A stretch of DNA of 64,000 nucleotides from Ramlibacter sp. (lineage in GTDB: Bacteria > Pseudomonadota > Gammaproteobacteria > Burkholderiales > Burkholderiaceae_C): assembly GCA_029237735.1 (NCBI GenBank), contig JAQZBU010000011.1, positions 24,658 to 88,657 on the forward strand, in the 5' to 3' direction. Within the stretch, counting starts at the first letter, position 1. The number at the start of each line of letters is the position of its first letter. A model generated the notes under the pieces. That model ran no database searches. It was not told the DNA's origin and worked only from the letters and a program-made list of their open reading frames with translations. The position numbers and the translations under genes were made by a program. Shown here piece after piece: positions 20,697-30,258 of this stretch.

Positions 20697-21482
20697 ATGA
20701 CGGAACCGAAAGCGGCGGCGACGAGCCGCCTGAACAAGCGCATGGCCGAGTTGGGGATGTGCTCGCGCCGCGAAGCCGATGACTGGATTTCCAAGGGCTG
20801 GGTGCGCGTGAACGGCGAGATCGCGCCCATGGGGTTGCAGGTAGCGCCCGACGCGCGCATCGAGGTCGATCCCAAGGCGCGCGGCCAGCAACAGCAGCAG
20901 GTCACCATCCTGCTGAACAAGCCGGTGGGCTATGTGAGCGGCCAGGCCGAGGACGGGCACCAGCCGGCGGTCGTGCTAGTGCAGGAGCGCACGCATTGGA
21001 AGGGCGATGGATCCCGGCTGCGGTTTTCACCGCAGCAGTTGCGCGGCCTGGCGCCAGCGGGGCGGCTCGACATCGATTCCATCGGCCTGTTGGTATTGAC
21101 GCAGGACGGCCGCGTCGCCCGCCAGCTCATCGGTGAGGACAGCGGCATGGAAAAGGAATACCTCGTGCGGGTCACCTACCCCTCGCCCCAGGGCGAAGTC
21201 GCCGCCGACGTGCAGCGGGCTTTCCCTCCCGCGCAGCTCGCGCGGCTGCGGCATGGACTGGCACTGGACGGCCAGCCGCTCAAGCCGGCGCAAGTGGAGT
21301 GGCAGAATCCCGAGCAGCTTCGCTTCGTGCTCACCGAGGGGAAAAAGCGCCAGATCCGGCGCATGTGCGAGCTCGTGGGCCTGAAGGTGGTAGGCCTGAA
21401 GCGAATCCGGATTGGCAATGTGGTGCTGGGCCAGCTTCCCATCGGACAATGGCGTTACCTCGCTCCCCATGAGCGGTTCTAG
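20697..21482 (+). CDS. rRNA pseudouridine synthase (RsuA/RluB/RluF family)
   Basis: S4 domain (CSRREAD), [26 protein letters not shown]. Confidence 0.93.
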   Translation: MTEPKAAATSRLNKRMAELGMCSRREADDWISKGWVRVNGEIAPMGLQVAPDARIEVDPKARGQQQQQVTILLNKPVGYVSGQAEDGHQPAVVLVQERTHWKGDGSRLRFSPQQLRGLAPAGRLDIDSIGLLVLTQDGRVARQLIGEDSGMEKEYLVRVTYPSPQGEVAADVQRAFPPAQLARLRHGLALDGQPLKPAQVEWQNPEQLRFVLTEGKKRQIRRMCELVGLKVVGLKRIRIGNVVLGQLPIGQWRYLAPHERF

Positions 21483-21492
21483 AAAACGGCAC

Positions 21493-22512
21493 ATGAAGCA
21501 ATTCGCGGCGGCGCTTGCACTGGGATTGTCCTGCGCTGTGGCACTGGGGCAGCCCGCAACCGTCAATGCGATCTGCAGCACGGACCAGTCGTGGTGCGAG
21601 CTCGCCGCGCAGGAATTCACGCGCGCCACCGGCGTACGGGTGTTGCAAACCCGCAAGGCGACCGGAGAGGCGCTGGCGCAGTTGCGGGCAGAAGCCGCGA
21701 ACCCCAAGACCGATCTGTGGTGGGGCGGCACCGGCGACCCGTATTACCAGGCCGCCGAGCTGGGCCTCCTCGATGCGTATCGCCCCAGCTACCTGGGGGA
21801 CCTGCACGGCTGGGCTGTGCGTCAGTACGCGATGAGCCAGAACTACGTGGGCGGCTTCTATACGAGCGCGATCGGCTTCGGCTGGAACGAAGAGGTGCTC
21901 AAGCGCAAGAACCTGCCAGCGCCCAAGTGCTGGAAGGATCTGCTCGACCCTCGCTACAAGGGTGAGATCGAAACTTCGCACCCGGGCTCCAGCGGCACCG
22001 GCTACACCATCCTCGCCGGTCTCGTGCAGATGATGGGCGAGGAGCAGGCCTTCGATTACCTGAAGAAACTGCACCGCAACGTCACCCAGTACACGCGCAG
22101 CGGCACCGCGCAGGCGCGCAGCGTTGCCAAGGGCGAGGTGGGCATCGGCGTGAGCTTCATCTTCGGCTTCGACAACGAGCGCGTGACCAACAAGTTCCCC
22201 GTTTACGCGGCCGCTCCTTGTGAGGGGACGAGCTACGAGGTTGGCGGCATCGCGCTCGTCAAGGGTTCGCGCAACCGCGACGCGGCCCGCAAATACTACG
22301 ATTGGCTGATGGGTAGGGAAGGCCAGCAGATCGGCGCCCGGGCCAACAGCCTGCAGGTTCCCGCGAACAAGACCTTCAAGCCCGACCCGCGCATACCACC
22401 CATCGACAACGTGCGCCTGATCAAGTATGACTTCGAGAAATACGGCAGGGCGGCCGAGCGGCGACGCCTGGTGGACCGATGGGTCAGGGAGGTCGAGTCG
22501 CTGCCACGCTGA
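21493..22512 (+). CDS. ABC substrate-binding protein (AfuA / Fe3+-type family)
   Basis: Signal peptide, WWGGTGDP, PKCWKDLL, HPGSSGTGY; no permease nearby. Confidence 0.85.
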   Translation: MKQFAAALALGLSCAVALGQPATVNAICSTDQSWCELAAQEFTRATGVRVLQTRKATGEALAQLRAEAANPKTDLWWGGTGDPYYQAAELGLLDAYRPSYLGDLHGWAVRQYAMSQNYVGGFYTSAIGFGWNEEVLKRKNLPAPKCWKDLLDPRYKGEIETSHPGSSGTGYTILAGLVQMMGEEQAFDYLKKLHRNVTQYTRSGTAQARSVAKGEVGIGVSFIFGFDNERVTNKFPVYAAAPCEGTSYEVGGIALVKGSRNRDAARKYYDWLMGREGQQIGARANSLQVPANKTFKPDPRIPPIDNVRLIKYDFEKYGRAAERRRLVDRWVREVESLPR

Positions 22513-22652
22513 TTGGGCAGTCACCGGCCCCGAAGCGCAACCTTTTGGGCTAAGGAATATGCCTGAGGCACAGGCAGCATTTCCCTTAATGCGGCGCCAC
22601 CGCCGCCTTCTACTCTCGATCCATCAACGTCCCCGGGACGAGGAGCGAGACC

Positions 22653-23138
22653 ATGAGCGGCAAGTTGTGGACGGTTCGGAGCACGGCGCTCGCGGTGGCG
22701 CTGGCGGCGCTCGGCCTCGCGTCGATAGCGCCGGGTGTGGCCGCCGACGAGTTCAGGCTTCCCGTTACGGCGACGATCGCCAAGCGCGCTACGCTGAAGG
22801 TTCTGGCCCAGCCGGCGACCGTGGTGATCAGTGCCGCCGATATAGCGCGCGGCTACGTCGAGGTTCCCGGCCGCGCACAGCTAAGCATACGCAGCAACAG
22901 CCAGTCAGGCTACATGCTCGTGTTCGCCAGCGAAGGGGACTTCGTGCGGCACATACGTGTGAGCGGCCTGGGAAATGAAGTGCAGATCGGCGCGGGTGGC
23001 GGTGTCGTGCCGCAAAGCGGCTCCGCGCAGAGCGTGACGCACGCGACGCTTGAGCTGGGTTTTCGTTTCGACCTCGCGGCGAACGCGCGGCAGGGCACAT
23101 ACGCCTGGCCCGTGCAAATGTCGGTTGTCCCGATCTGA
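22653..23138 (+). CDS. Secreted beta-rich protein, putative pilin-like subunit
   Basis: AGGAG RBS, signal peptide, C-terminal GTYAWPVQMSVVPI resembling the pilin C-terminal strand. Confidence 0.7.
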   Translation: MSGKLWTVRSTALAVALAALGLASIAPGVAADEFRLPVTATIAKRATLKVLAQPATVVISAADIARGYVEVPGRAQLSIRSNSQSGYMLVFASEGDFVRHIRVSGLGNEVQIGAGGGVVPQSGSAQSVTHATLELGFRFDLAANARQGTYAWPVQMSVVPI

Positions 23139-23151
23139 CGCGCCGCCCGGC

Positions 23152-25578
23152 TCACGGCTGCGGCGTGCACAGCGCCGACGGTAGTTCGACGAATGTCTCA
23201 TCGGATTGCGGGATGATGAGCGTGAAGTCGCACGCGTTGCCATTGGCAAGCGACCGGGCCGGGTACGCGCCCGGCTTGAGGTTTTCCAGGTAGAACTGGC
23301 CGCCATTGCCGGTCTGGAAGCGGATGGGGCCGGAGGGCGTCGCCAGCGTCACTTCCTGGAATTCCAACGGCTTGACGGCTCCCGGCCGCTGCTGGAAAGT
23401 AAGCGTTCCCGTGAAGGCTTGGACGCGGGTCAAATCGAACTCGATCAACGCGCCGCTGCGAAGCGAGGGCGAAATCTTCTTGCGGATGGTTGTGAAGGAG
23501 TAGTCGATCGGAACCGTGGAAGCGGCGATGCTCACCTCGCTGTCTACGTATGGGCTCAGGGTCGGCACGAACACCTTGCCCTTGCTGTCGGTCATGCCCA
23601 TGGGCTGGTCGTTCACCAGCACTCGCACGCCGGCGATCTCGCCGACTTTCACGATGCCGAAACTCTCCACGACGGGCCGACCCAGCGCCACGTGGTCGCC
23701 AGCGAAGGCGATTCCTCCGGCAACTGACAATCTCGTGTCGGCTTGGCCGCGCGCCGTGTCGTGCAGCGTGCCGAATTCCCCACGAAGCACCGCCGACGGC
23801 GCGTTGTACTGGACATTGAACCGCCCCTGCGTGGTCTTGGTGCCGGGGCTTTCGGCGCGGTCGGCCGACAGCTGGTAGCCCAGCCCTTCGCCGATGGGCT
23901 GGTTACGAGTGAACTGGATCGCTGCAGAGCGGTTGTCGCGGTCGACCCGCATATTCGCCGTCGTTGTGTAGTTCTTGTCGATGAGGTAGACCAGGCCCGC
24001 GAACGCTTCGTTGCGGCTGCCCCTGCGGTCCTTGATGTGCGAAAGGCTCGTGGTCAGAGAGGCCTTGCCGCCGAACAGCGGAACGGTGTAGCCAAGGCTG
24101 CTCGCGCGACGGTTATCGAACACGGAAACCGCGAACGGCTGCTCGGGCGATGCGGGCGAAGCCGTGCGGCCCGGCACCGTCTTGAGAGCGCCGTGGTTGA
24201 GCGACACTGTGCCGCCGCCGGCCACGTAATAATTGGCGCTGAAGCTGGCCTCCAGCTTGCGGTTGCTGGCTGTGGGCGGGTCCCCGAGGGTCACGAACTC
24301 GCGCCAATCACGCCGCAATGACAGCGACGTGCTCCAGCTCCGGGCCTGGTACGTATATGCCAGAGAGCCCGCCGCCCCATGGTGGCCGGTGATGGCGCTC
24401 GCGCCCAAGGCGGCATTGATCACGCCGGCGGTGCCCAGCACCAGCGTGGCCGAAGGGCCGGCATTCACCAGTTCGCGCGTCCCTTCGGCGCGCACGCCGA
24501 GCGTCACGGAGTTGGTCAACCCGTAGCGGTGAAACATCGCGTAGGCCAGGGGCCCGTAGCGGTTGCTGTGCAGGCCGTAGTCGCGCCGGAAAGCGCCGAC
24601 GTTATAACTGTACTCATGCAGCCCGCGTTGCAGCGGCCGGTCGCTGAAGTAAAAGGAGTAGTCGAACTGCTGGACACGTCCGAACGAGTCACGCAGCAAC
24701 ACCTGGATCGAGCGTGCGCCCCCGTACGCCAGCAGGTCGCGCAGTTCGAATTCGCCGGGCCGGATACGCTCGGTGCGGATACGCTGGCCGTCCATGTAGA
24801 TCTCCAGCTCGCTGGGCAAGGCGGCATTGCCCGTGATGGTCTGCGTCGGGAACTGGATCAGGTACGGGTTGATGCTGTAGAGCTTGGACACACCGAGCCC
24901 GCCAAGATTGACGCCGCTTGCGAATTCGCGCGATTGCGTGATGAAGTCGCCGGCCACCCATCGCTGCAGCGTGTCGCGATCGTCGCGGGTGATGCTGGAC
25001 ATCAGCCGCACGAATTTGCGCCCGCCCCCGGGCAGCACGACGGTGCTGCCGTCCGACAGCAGCAGGTAGTCGCCGCGTCGCAAACCCAGTTCGCCGGTAA
25101 AGGCCAGATGGCGGCCGGTGAATTCCGAAGCGTCGGACCAGGTCAGCGCGTAGTTGAAGAATCCGCTCGGGTTATGGGGAATGGATCCCTTCGGGATTTG
25201 GCGGCCGGCCAGGTCGAGCTTGCGCGCCGGTAGCAGTTCAGGGTCGGCGTCGATCGCCAGGACCAGTCCCCGCTCCTGGAGCACCGGGCGCACGCCTTTC
25301 ATGGAACGCAGGGACCGGTGGGCCTCGCCGTCCAGCAGACTCACGGTACCGGTGAGTGCCTTGAATCCCATGGCAGTCAGGTCGGTTTCCCTGACCAGGA
25401 AATCGCCGTCCGCGGTGCGGGCCACGAAGTGGTCGCCTTTGTCTTCCGTGTTGAGTGTGATGCGAACCACCATCGGCTCGGCCGCTGCGGCGGCTCCGGT
25501 CGCCGTAGCGGCCTGTGCTTGGGCGGCCGCCGGCAAAGCCAGGCAACAGCAAAGCAGGAAGCCGGCCCGCCCGTTCAC
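23152..25578 (-). CDS. Fimbrial outer-membrane usher (CsuD-like)
   Basis: About 808 aa, FFNY, AGDFI, GNAALPSELEIY, PGEFEL, RYGLT; GTGA overlap with the chaperone stop. Confidence 0.9.
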   Translation of the reverse strand: MNGRAGFLLCCCLALPAAAQAQAATATGAAAAAEPMVVRITLNTEDKGDHFVARTADGDFLVRETDLTAMGFKALTGTVSLLDGEAHRSLRSMKGVRPVLQERGLVLAIDADPELLPARKLDLAGRQIPKGSIPHNPSGFFNYALTWSDASEFTGRHLAFTGELGLRRGDYLLLSDGSTVVLPGGGRKFVRLMSSITRDDRDTLQRWVAGDFITQSREFASGVNLGGLGVSKLYSINPYLIQFPTQTITGNAALPSELEIYMDGQRIRTERIRPGEFELRDLLAYGGARSIQVLLRDSFGRVQQFDYSFYFSDRPLQRGLHEYSYNVGAFRRDYGLHSNRYGPLAYAMFHRYGLTNSVTLGVRAEGTRELVNAGPSATLVLGTAGVINAALGASAITGHHGAAGSLAYTYQARSWSTSLSLRRDWREFVTLGDPPTASNRKLEASFSANYYVAGGGTVSLNHGALKTVPGRTASPASPEQPFAVSVFDNRRASSLGYTVPLFGGKASLTTSLSHIKDRRGSRNEAFAGLVYLIDKNYTTTANMRVDRDNRSAAIQFTRNQPIGEGLGYQLSADRAESPGTKTTQGRFNVQYNAPSAVLRGEFGTLHDTARGQADTRLSVAGGIAFAGDHVALGRPVVESFGIVKVGEIAGVRVLVNDQPMGMTDSKGKVFVPTLSPYVDSEVSIAASTVPIDYSFTTIRKKISPSLRSGALIEFDLTRVQAFTGTLTFQQRPGAVKPLEFQEVTLATPSGPIRFQTGNGGQFYLENLKPGAYPARSLANGNACDFTLIIPQSDETFVELPSALCTPQP

Positions 25579-26345
25579 GGGCACATGGCGCCGGTGACGT
25601 CGAGCTTGCGTTTCAAGCCGAGCTTGTCGGTCTTGAGTTCGACGGTCAGGTCGGCGATCTTCGAACAAGGGTCCGCGGCGATGGTGGCGGAAAAACTTTT
25701 GGTGGCGCCGGCCAGCAGGTAGCGGTCGGCCAGCGTCAGGGAGAAGACCTCCGAGCCGCCCGCATCCGTGCCGCGCAGGTGGATACCCTCGATGACCTGG
25801 TGCCGGTTCCCGGTGTTCCGCACCTTGAGTGAAAGCGTTCCCTTCGCCATTTCCAGCGTGATGATTTCCGCGCTGTCCTCGGATTTCAGTGGCGCCAGAA
25901 AGATCGGGGCGCCGAAGCGGATAAGCACCCCAATCCGCGCGCTCTTGCCCTCTGGCTGCGTTTCCTTGGTCGGCCCGGGCAATTCCTGAATGAACAGCCG
26001 GTAGGTCTTTTCAAGCGGAACCACGGCATTCCTGACACCGACACGCACCAGCGATTCGTCGCCGGGCTCAAGGGTCATCAGCTTGGGAAAGAAGATCAGG
26101 TCACGCGAATCCGCGTATTGGTCCTTGCCTTCGGCGTCTTGCGTCCATTCCATCGCCTGCATCTGGAAGCCGAGCCGGACCGCGCCTTCGTTTCTGATCG
26201 AGATCACGCCGCTGCGCGCGTTGGCGCCGAGTTCCAGCCGGATCGGATTCACCGTGAAATCCCCGGCATGCAGGGCCGGCGGCCAAGGCAGCAAGGCAAG
26301 CGTGGCGATGGCGCCCGCGAAAAATCGATGCGACAACAAAAGCAT
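25575..26345 (-). CDS. Periplasmic fimbrial chaperone (CsuC/PapD-like)
   Basis: VNPIRLEL, FFPKLMTL, EKTYRLFIQELP, NTGNRH. Confidence 0.9.
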   Translation of the reverse strand: MLLLSHRFFAGAIATLALLPWPPALHAGDFTVNPIRLELGANARSGVISIRNEGAVRLGFQMQAMEWTQDAEGKDQYADSRDLIFFPKLMTLEPGDESLVRVGVRNAVVPLEKTYRLFIQELPGPTKETQPEGKSARIGVLIRFGAPIFLAPLKSEDSAEIITLEMAKGTLSLKVRNTGNRHQVIEGIHLRGTDAGGSEVFSLTLADRYLLAGATKSFSATIAADPCSKIADLTVELKTDKLGLKRKLDVTGAMCP

Positions 26346-26380
26346 GTCCCTCGGGCGAGCCGCTCGGCCTGGATAAACCG

Positions 26381-26830
26381 TTACGGTGATACCGTGATGA
26401 CGACTGTATCGGAATACGTTCCAGCTGAAGCGTTTGCGTAGTCTGCCCCCAACACCGTCCCATTGAAGGTGAACGCGATGTAGTTGCCGTTGCCCGGGCC
26501 ACTCTGGCCCGCCGTGGGCAGCGAAAGGCTATACCGGATGAAATCAGAGCCGTTGCTTAAGCGCCGTGAACCGCCGCCGAAATGCTGCCCCTCGCCACCG
26601 GACACCACCATCGTCTGTCCCGGGGCGCAATCGCCGACCCGGTTGGCATTAAGAGTCGCCGCGCTCACCGAGCGGGTGACATTGGCGCCACTGGAGGGAT
26701 CGAGCGAGCCGAAATTCATACTGAGGCCCTTGGCCTGGAATCCGCAGCTGTTGCCGCTGCTCCAGGCCGATGCGGAAACCCCCAGCAGCGCCACGGCTGC
26801 CGCGAGACCCAGGTAAGCGCGTTTTTTCAT
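26381..26830 (-). CDS. Spore-coat-U (SCPU) domain pilin, CsuA/B-like
   Basis: Signal peptide, C..MNFGSLD...C, IRYSL, AGTYSDTVVITV. Confidence 0.85.
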   Translation of the reverse strand: MKKRAYLGLAAAVALLGVSASAWSSGNSCGFQAKGLSMNFGSLDPSSGANVTRSVSAATLNANRVGDCAPGQTMVVSGGEGQHFGGGSRRLSNGSDFIRYSLSLPTAGQSGPGNGNYIAFTFNGTVLGADYANASAGTYSDTVVITVSP

Positions 26831-26879
26831 CTTCCTGTGCCGCTGCCTCGATCCGCATGGGTGGCCAGCGGCAAAGTGC

Positions 26880-27341
26880 TCAAGGCGTTATGGTTAGCTC
26901 GACGACTTCTTCGTAGGTTGCCGCCACTGCGTTCTGAAACTGCGTCGGCGTGATGGTGGCCGTCACGGCGACCGATTTTTCCTGTCCGCTACCGAAACCC
27001 GAGCCGGCCGAGGTAGCCGCGAGCGACAGCACGTAAGCGAGGGTATTGGAGCCGCCATCGCTCATGGTGCGCGACAGGGTTCCCGTGGTGGGGGCCAAGG
27101 CTGGCGCGGGGGTGCCGTTGGTGCATTTGTATTGCACAGTCGCGTTGGCTGTTACGTTGCTCGTGCCGGAGGGGTCGATGTCGCCGAACGCCGCCGTTGG
27201 TGCACTGCCGTAGAACTTGCACATCTGCTGCACCGTGGCGTTCACGGTCAGGTTCTGCGTATCTCCAGCGGAGGCCAGCCCTGCAATGGTGGACAGCGTG
27301 GCGGCCAGTATGGCGCGTGAGATGAGGCTGGAGTTTGTCAT
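26880..27341 (-). CDS. Spore-coat-U (SCPU) domain pilin, probable major subunit
   Basis: Signal peptide, LTVNATVQQMC, FGDID, CTNG, RTMS...LAYVL, ATYEEVVELTITP. Confidence 0.85.
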   Translation of the reverse strand: MTNSSLISRAILAATLSTIAGLASAGDTQNLTVNATVQQMCKFYGSAPTAAFGDIDPSGTSNVTANATVQYKCTNGTPAPALAPTTGTLSRTMSDGGSNTLAYVLSLAATSAGSGFGSGQEKSVAVTATITPTQFQNAVAATYEEVVELTITP

Positions 27342-27344
27342 GTA

Positions 27345-27580
27345 AGGGTCCCCAAAAATTAGGTCGAGAAGACATTTGGGCCTGCCTGGACAAACACCCA
27401 AATGTATCAAAAAGCAACGTGATAGTAGCCAATGATGGTTAAGAAATCAACCTATGGTTCAGCAGATCAGTGCGTAAATATGAGAATTAAACTTTAATCT
27501 TTGATGTTGAAGTGCTAGTTTTGTGGTCTAAACAATTAACTTAACGGGCAATGGTGTAGTGTTGGAAATACCACTGTATA
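27345..27580. promoter_or_regulatory. AT-rich control region of the pilus operon
   Basis: Sharp drop in GC relative to the flanks; no convincing ORF. Confidence 0.55.
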
Positions 27581-27636
27581 GGGGGCGACCCTGCCGATTG
27601 ACTCGGTCAGCCGGCGGTCCTGGCGCGTCACCGCCC

Positions 27637-27668
27637 CTAACCTCGGGCTAAATCTCCGGGCTTAAGCT
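27637..27668 (+). promoter_or_regulatory. CTAA-N7-CTAA box plus -10-like TAAGCT
   Basis: CTAA at 27637 and 27648; the hexamer starts 15 nt after the last CTAA, as at 30133 and 30646. Confidence 0.55.
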
Positions 27669-27696
27669 CCGAGAGTCGCATCCCGAGGAAGCACCC

Positions 27697-27915
27697 ATGC
27701 ACACCTGCCAATTCCATCGTCTCGCGCTGGCCTTGCTCATGCTTGTGGCCTTGGCGTTCGTCGTCGCGGTCGTCGCGGCCGCATGGGGTTTTGACTTCAC
27801 GGCCTGGATCGCGGTCGCTGCCCTGGGACTGTCCGCGGTGCTGGTGGCCGTGGGTCGCCGCCTGCACGAAGCCTGGCAGGAAGCCCGCTGGGACGCTGGC
27901 CAACGCCTGCGTTAG
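27697..27915 (+). CDS. Small two-TM membrane protein
   Basis: GAGG RBS, 72 aa with two hydrophobic segments; stop 9 nt before the response regulator. Confidence 0.7.
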   Translation: MHTCQFHRLALALLMLVALAFVVAVVAAAWGFDFTAWIAVAALGLSAVLVAVGRRLHEAWQEARWDAGQRLR

Positions 27916-27924
27916 GAGCATTCG

Positions 27925-28608
27925 ATGCGCGTGCTGTTGGTTGAAGACGACGAGATGATCGGCCAGAGCCTGAAGCAGGCGCTGGGCGCCAACGGCTGGT
28001 CGGTGGACTGGGTCAAGGAAGGGCTGCTCGCGCAAAGCGCGATGGCCGACGGCGGCTATGCGTGCGTGCTGCTGGACCTGGGCCTGCCCAAGCGCGACGG
28101 CATAGAGGTGCTGCGCAAGGCGCGCGGCAGCGGCGACCAGACGCCCGTGCTGGTGCTCACGGCGCGCGACGGCATCGACGATCGCATCACCGGCCTGGAC
28201 ATCGGCGCTGACGATTACCTTGTCAAGCCCTACGAATTCCGGGAACTGCTGGCCCGTATGCGCGCCGTGATCCGCCGACGAGACGGTGCCGCCCACTCCG
28301 TGATCGGCGGGCCCGAGCTTCAACTGGATATCACCACGCGTGAAGTGCTGGTGCAGGGCGAGCGCTCGCAACTGTCGGCCCGTGAGTTTGCGCTGCTGCA
28401 CGCGCTGCTGGAGAGGCCGGGGGCCATCCTCTCGCGCGACCAGCTCGAAAGCCGCATCTACGGCTGGGGTGAGGAGGTCAGCAGCAACGCCGTCGACGTC
28501 CTGATCCACGGCATGCGCCGAAAACTCGGCGCCGACACCATCCGCAACGTGCGCGGACTGGGGTGGCGCATCGCCGCGACGCAGGCGAGCGCGGGAGAAG
28601 CGCGATGA
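27925..28608 (+). CDS. OmpR-family response regulator (QseB/PmrA-like)
   Basis: LLVEDD, LLDLGLP, GADDYLVKP, wHTH (IRNVRGLGW). Confidence 0.95.
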   Translation: MRVLLVEDDEMIGQSLKQALGANGWSVDWVKEGLLAQSAMADGGYACVLLDLGLPKRDGIEVLRKARGSGDQTPVLVLTARDGIDDRITGLDIGADDYLVKPYEFRELLARMRAVIRRRDGAAHSVIGGPELQLDITTREVLVQGERSQLSAREFALLHALLERPGAILSRDQLESRIYGWGEEVSSNAVDVLIHGMRRKLGADTIRNVRGLGWRIAATQASAGEAR

Positions 28609-30041
28609 TGAAATTGCACGGCGCGCCCACCGCCACGGCGTCCGCAACGGGCAACGCGATCGCATGCCCGCTCACCAGCCAGGGCCGAACCGGCACGCGC
28701 TTCCACGTCTTTCCGGTCGGGCCGATGTGTTCGCTTCGCCGGGTGCTGCTCATGTGGCTGGTGCCCTTATTCCTCCTGGTGGGTGCCGCCTCGGCCGCGT
28801 TCTCGTACTGGAGCTACAGGCAGATGGTGGGCGAGTTCATGGACAGCCAGATGGAGCAGCTGGGCCAGTCCCTCGTGATGCAGGAAGAGCACACGATGCC
28901 CCCGCCGCTGACGGCCGAACGCGTGCACAAGTGGGGCTCGTATGCGGTGCAGGTGTACGGCGCTGACGGCAGGTTGGTGGCTTCGTCCTGGCCCGCGCTC
29001 GCCGCGCCACTGCAGCAGCAGCCGGGCTTCGGCGACATGCAAACGGATGTCGGCTCCTGGCGCGTCTATTCGACCGAAGCCCATGGTGGGCGCCGCGTCC
29101 AGGTGTTCCAGAGCGGCACGTTTCGCTCCCACCTGGCCGTCGAGCGGGCCGGCGCGGCGATCGCGCCTGTGATGATCCTGCTGCCGTTGGCGATCCTGAT
29201 CCTCTGGGGCGTGTCCGGCGCGATGTCGCGCGCCGTCCGTGACATCGGCCGTCAGGCGGCGCTGCAGGACGAGCACACCATCTCCGAGCTGCCCCTGGAG
29301 CGTGTGCCGCAGGAGCTCAAGCCAATGGTCGAATCTTTCAACAGCCTGCTCACGCGACTGCGCGATGCCTTCGCCACGCAGCGCCGCTTCGTGCAGGACG
29401 CCGCGCACGAACTGCGCACGCCCATCACCGCGGTGGCGCTGCAGCTCGAGAACGTCCGGTGCGACCTGCCGGAGGGCGCCTGCAAGCAGAGCTTCGCGCA
29501 GCTGGAGGCGGGCGTCAGCCGCGCGCAACGGCTGGTGGACCAGCTGCTGAAGCTGTCGCGGCAGGAGGCGCCGGTGGCCGAGGCCGCAGGCGTGGTGGAC
29601 CTTCAAGCGCAGTTGCACGAGAGCATGAACGCGCTCATCGCGCTGGCTGACCAGCGCAACATCGACCTCGGCCTCGTTCCCCCAGCTGACGGACAGCCCA
29701 TGCCGACCTTCCGCTGCGCGCCCAGCGACCTGCGCAGCGTGATCGACAACCTGATCGAGAACGCGCTGCGCTACACGCCTGAAGGCGGCGTGGTCGACGT
29801 GCGCATCGTGCACGACGGAACGCGTTGCGCGATCGAGGTGGTGGACACCGGCCCTGGCATTCCGCCGGAGCTCATGCCGCGCGTATTCGATCGCTTCTTC
29901 CGCGTGCCCGGCAGCAACGCGCGCGGCAGCGGCCTGGGCCTGTCGATCGCACAGGCCGCGGCGCAACGCTGCGGGCTGCGCATCACACTTCGCAATCGCG
30001 AGGATCGCAGCGGCCTCGTCGCGCGCGTCGAGCCGGCATAA
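28605..30041 (+). CDS. Sensor histidine kinase (QseC/PmrB-like)
   Basis: Two TMs, DAAHELRTP H-box, NLIENALRY, DTGPGI, GSGLGL; ATGA overlap. Confidence 0.94.
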   Translation: MMKLHGAPTATASATGNAIACPLTSQGRTGTRFHVFPVGPMCSLRRVLLMWLVPLFLLVGAASAAFSYWSYRQMVGEFMDSQMEQLGQSLVMQEEHTMPPPLTAERVHKWGSYAVQVYGADGRLVASSWPALAAPLQQQPGFGDMQTDVGSWRVYSTEAHGGRRVQVFQSGTFRSHLAVERAGAAIAPVMILLPLAILILWGVSGAMSRAVRDIGRQAALQDEHTISELPLERVPQELKPMVESFNSLLTRLRDAFATQRRFVQDAAHELRTPITAVALQLENVRCDLPEGACKQSFAQLEAGVSRAQRLVDQLLKLSRQEAPVAEAAGVVDLQAQLHESMNALIALADQRNIDLGLVPPADGQPMPTFRCAPSDLRSVIDNLIENALRYTPEGGVVDVRIVHDGTRCAIEVVDTGPGIPPELMPRVFDRFFRVPGSNARGSGLGLSIAQAAAQRCGLRITLRNREDRSGLVARVEPA

Positions 30042-30062
30042 GCCGGCGTTCCAGGCACATCG

Positions 30063-30086
30063 GTAGGGTGGGCACTTGTGTCCACC
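30063..30086. repeat. GTAG-tagged REP-like palindrome
   Basis: GTAGGGTGGGCAC-TT-GTGTCCACC; sibling at 1153-1176. Confidence 0.6.
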
Positions 30087-30132
30087 GTTGTCGGTGCGCG
30101 CACGCATCTGATTCGACATGCGAACGCACACG

Positions 30133-30186
30133 CTAACCCGCAGCTAACGAAACACTAAGCGCCACCTAAAGCGCGAAACCTACAGT
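30133..30186 (+). promoter_or_regulatory. Four CTAA repeats at 11-bp period plus -10 TACAGT
   Basis: CTAA at 30133, 30144, 30155 and 30166; TACAGT at 30181. Confidence 0.7.
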
Positions 30187-30258
30187 GAGATCACGGTTGA
30201 AGTTCGAGGAAACGGACGGACACCGAAACCAAGTCCACTCACTGAAAGGTCCTCCATC

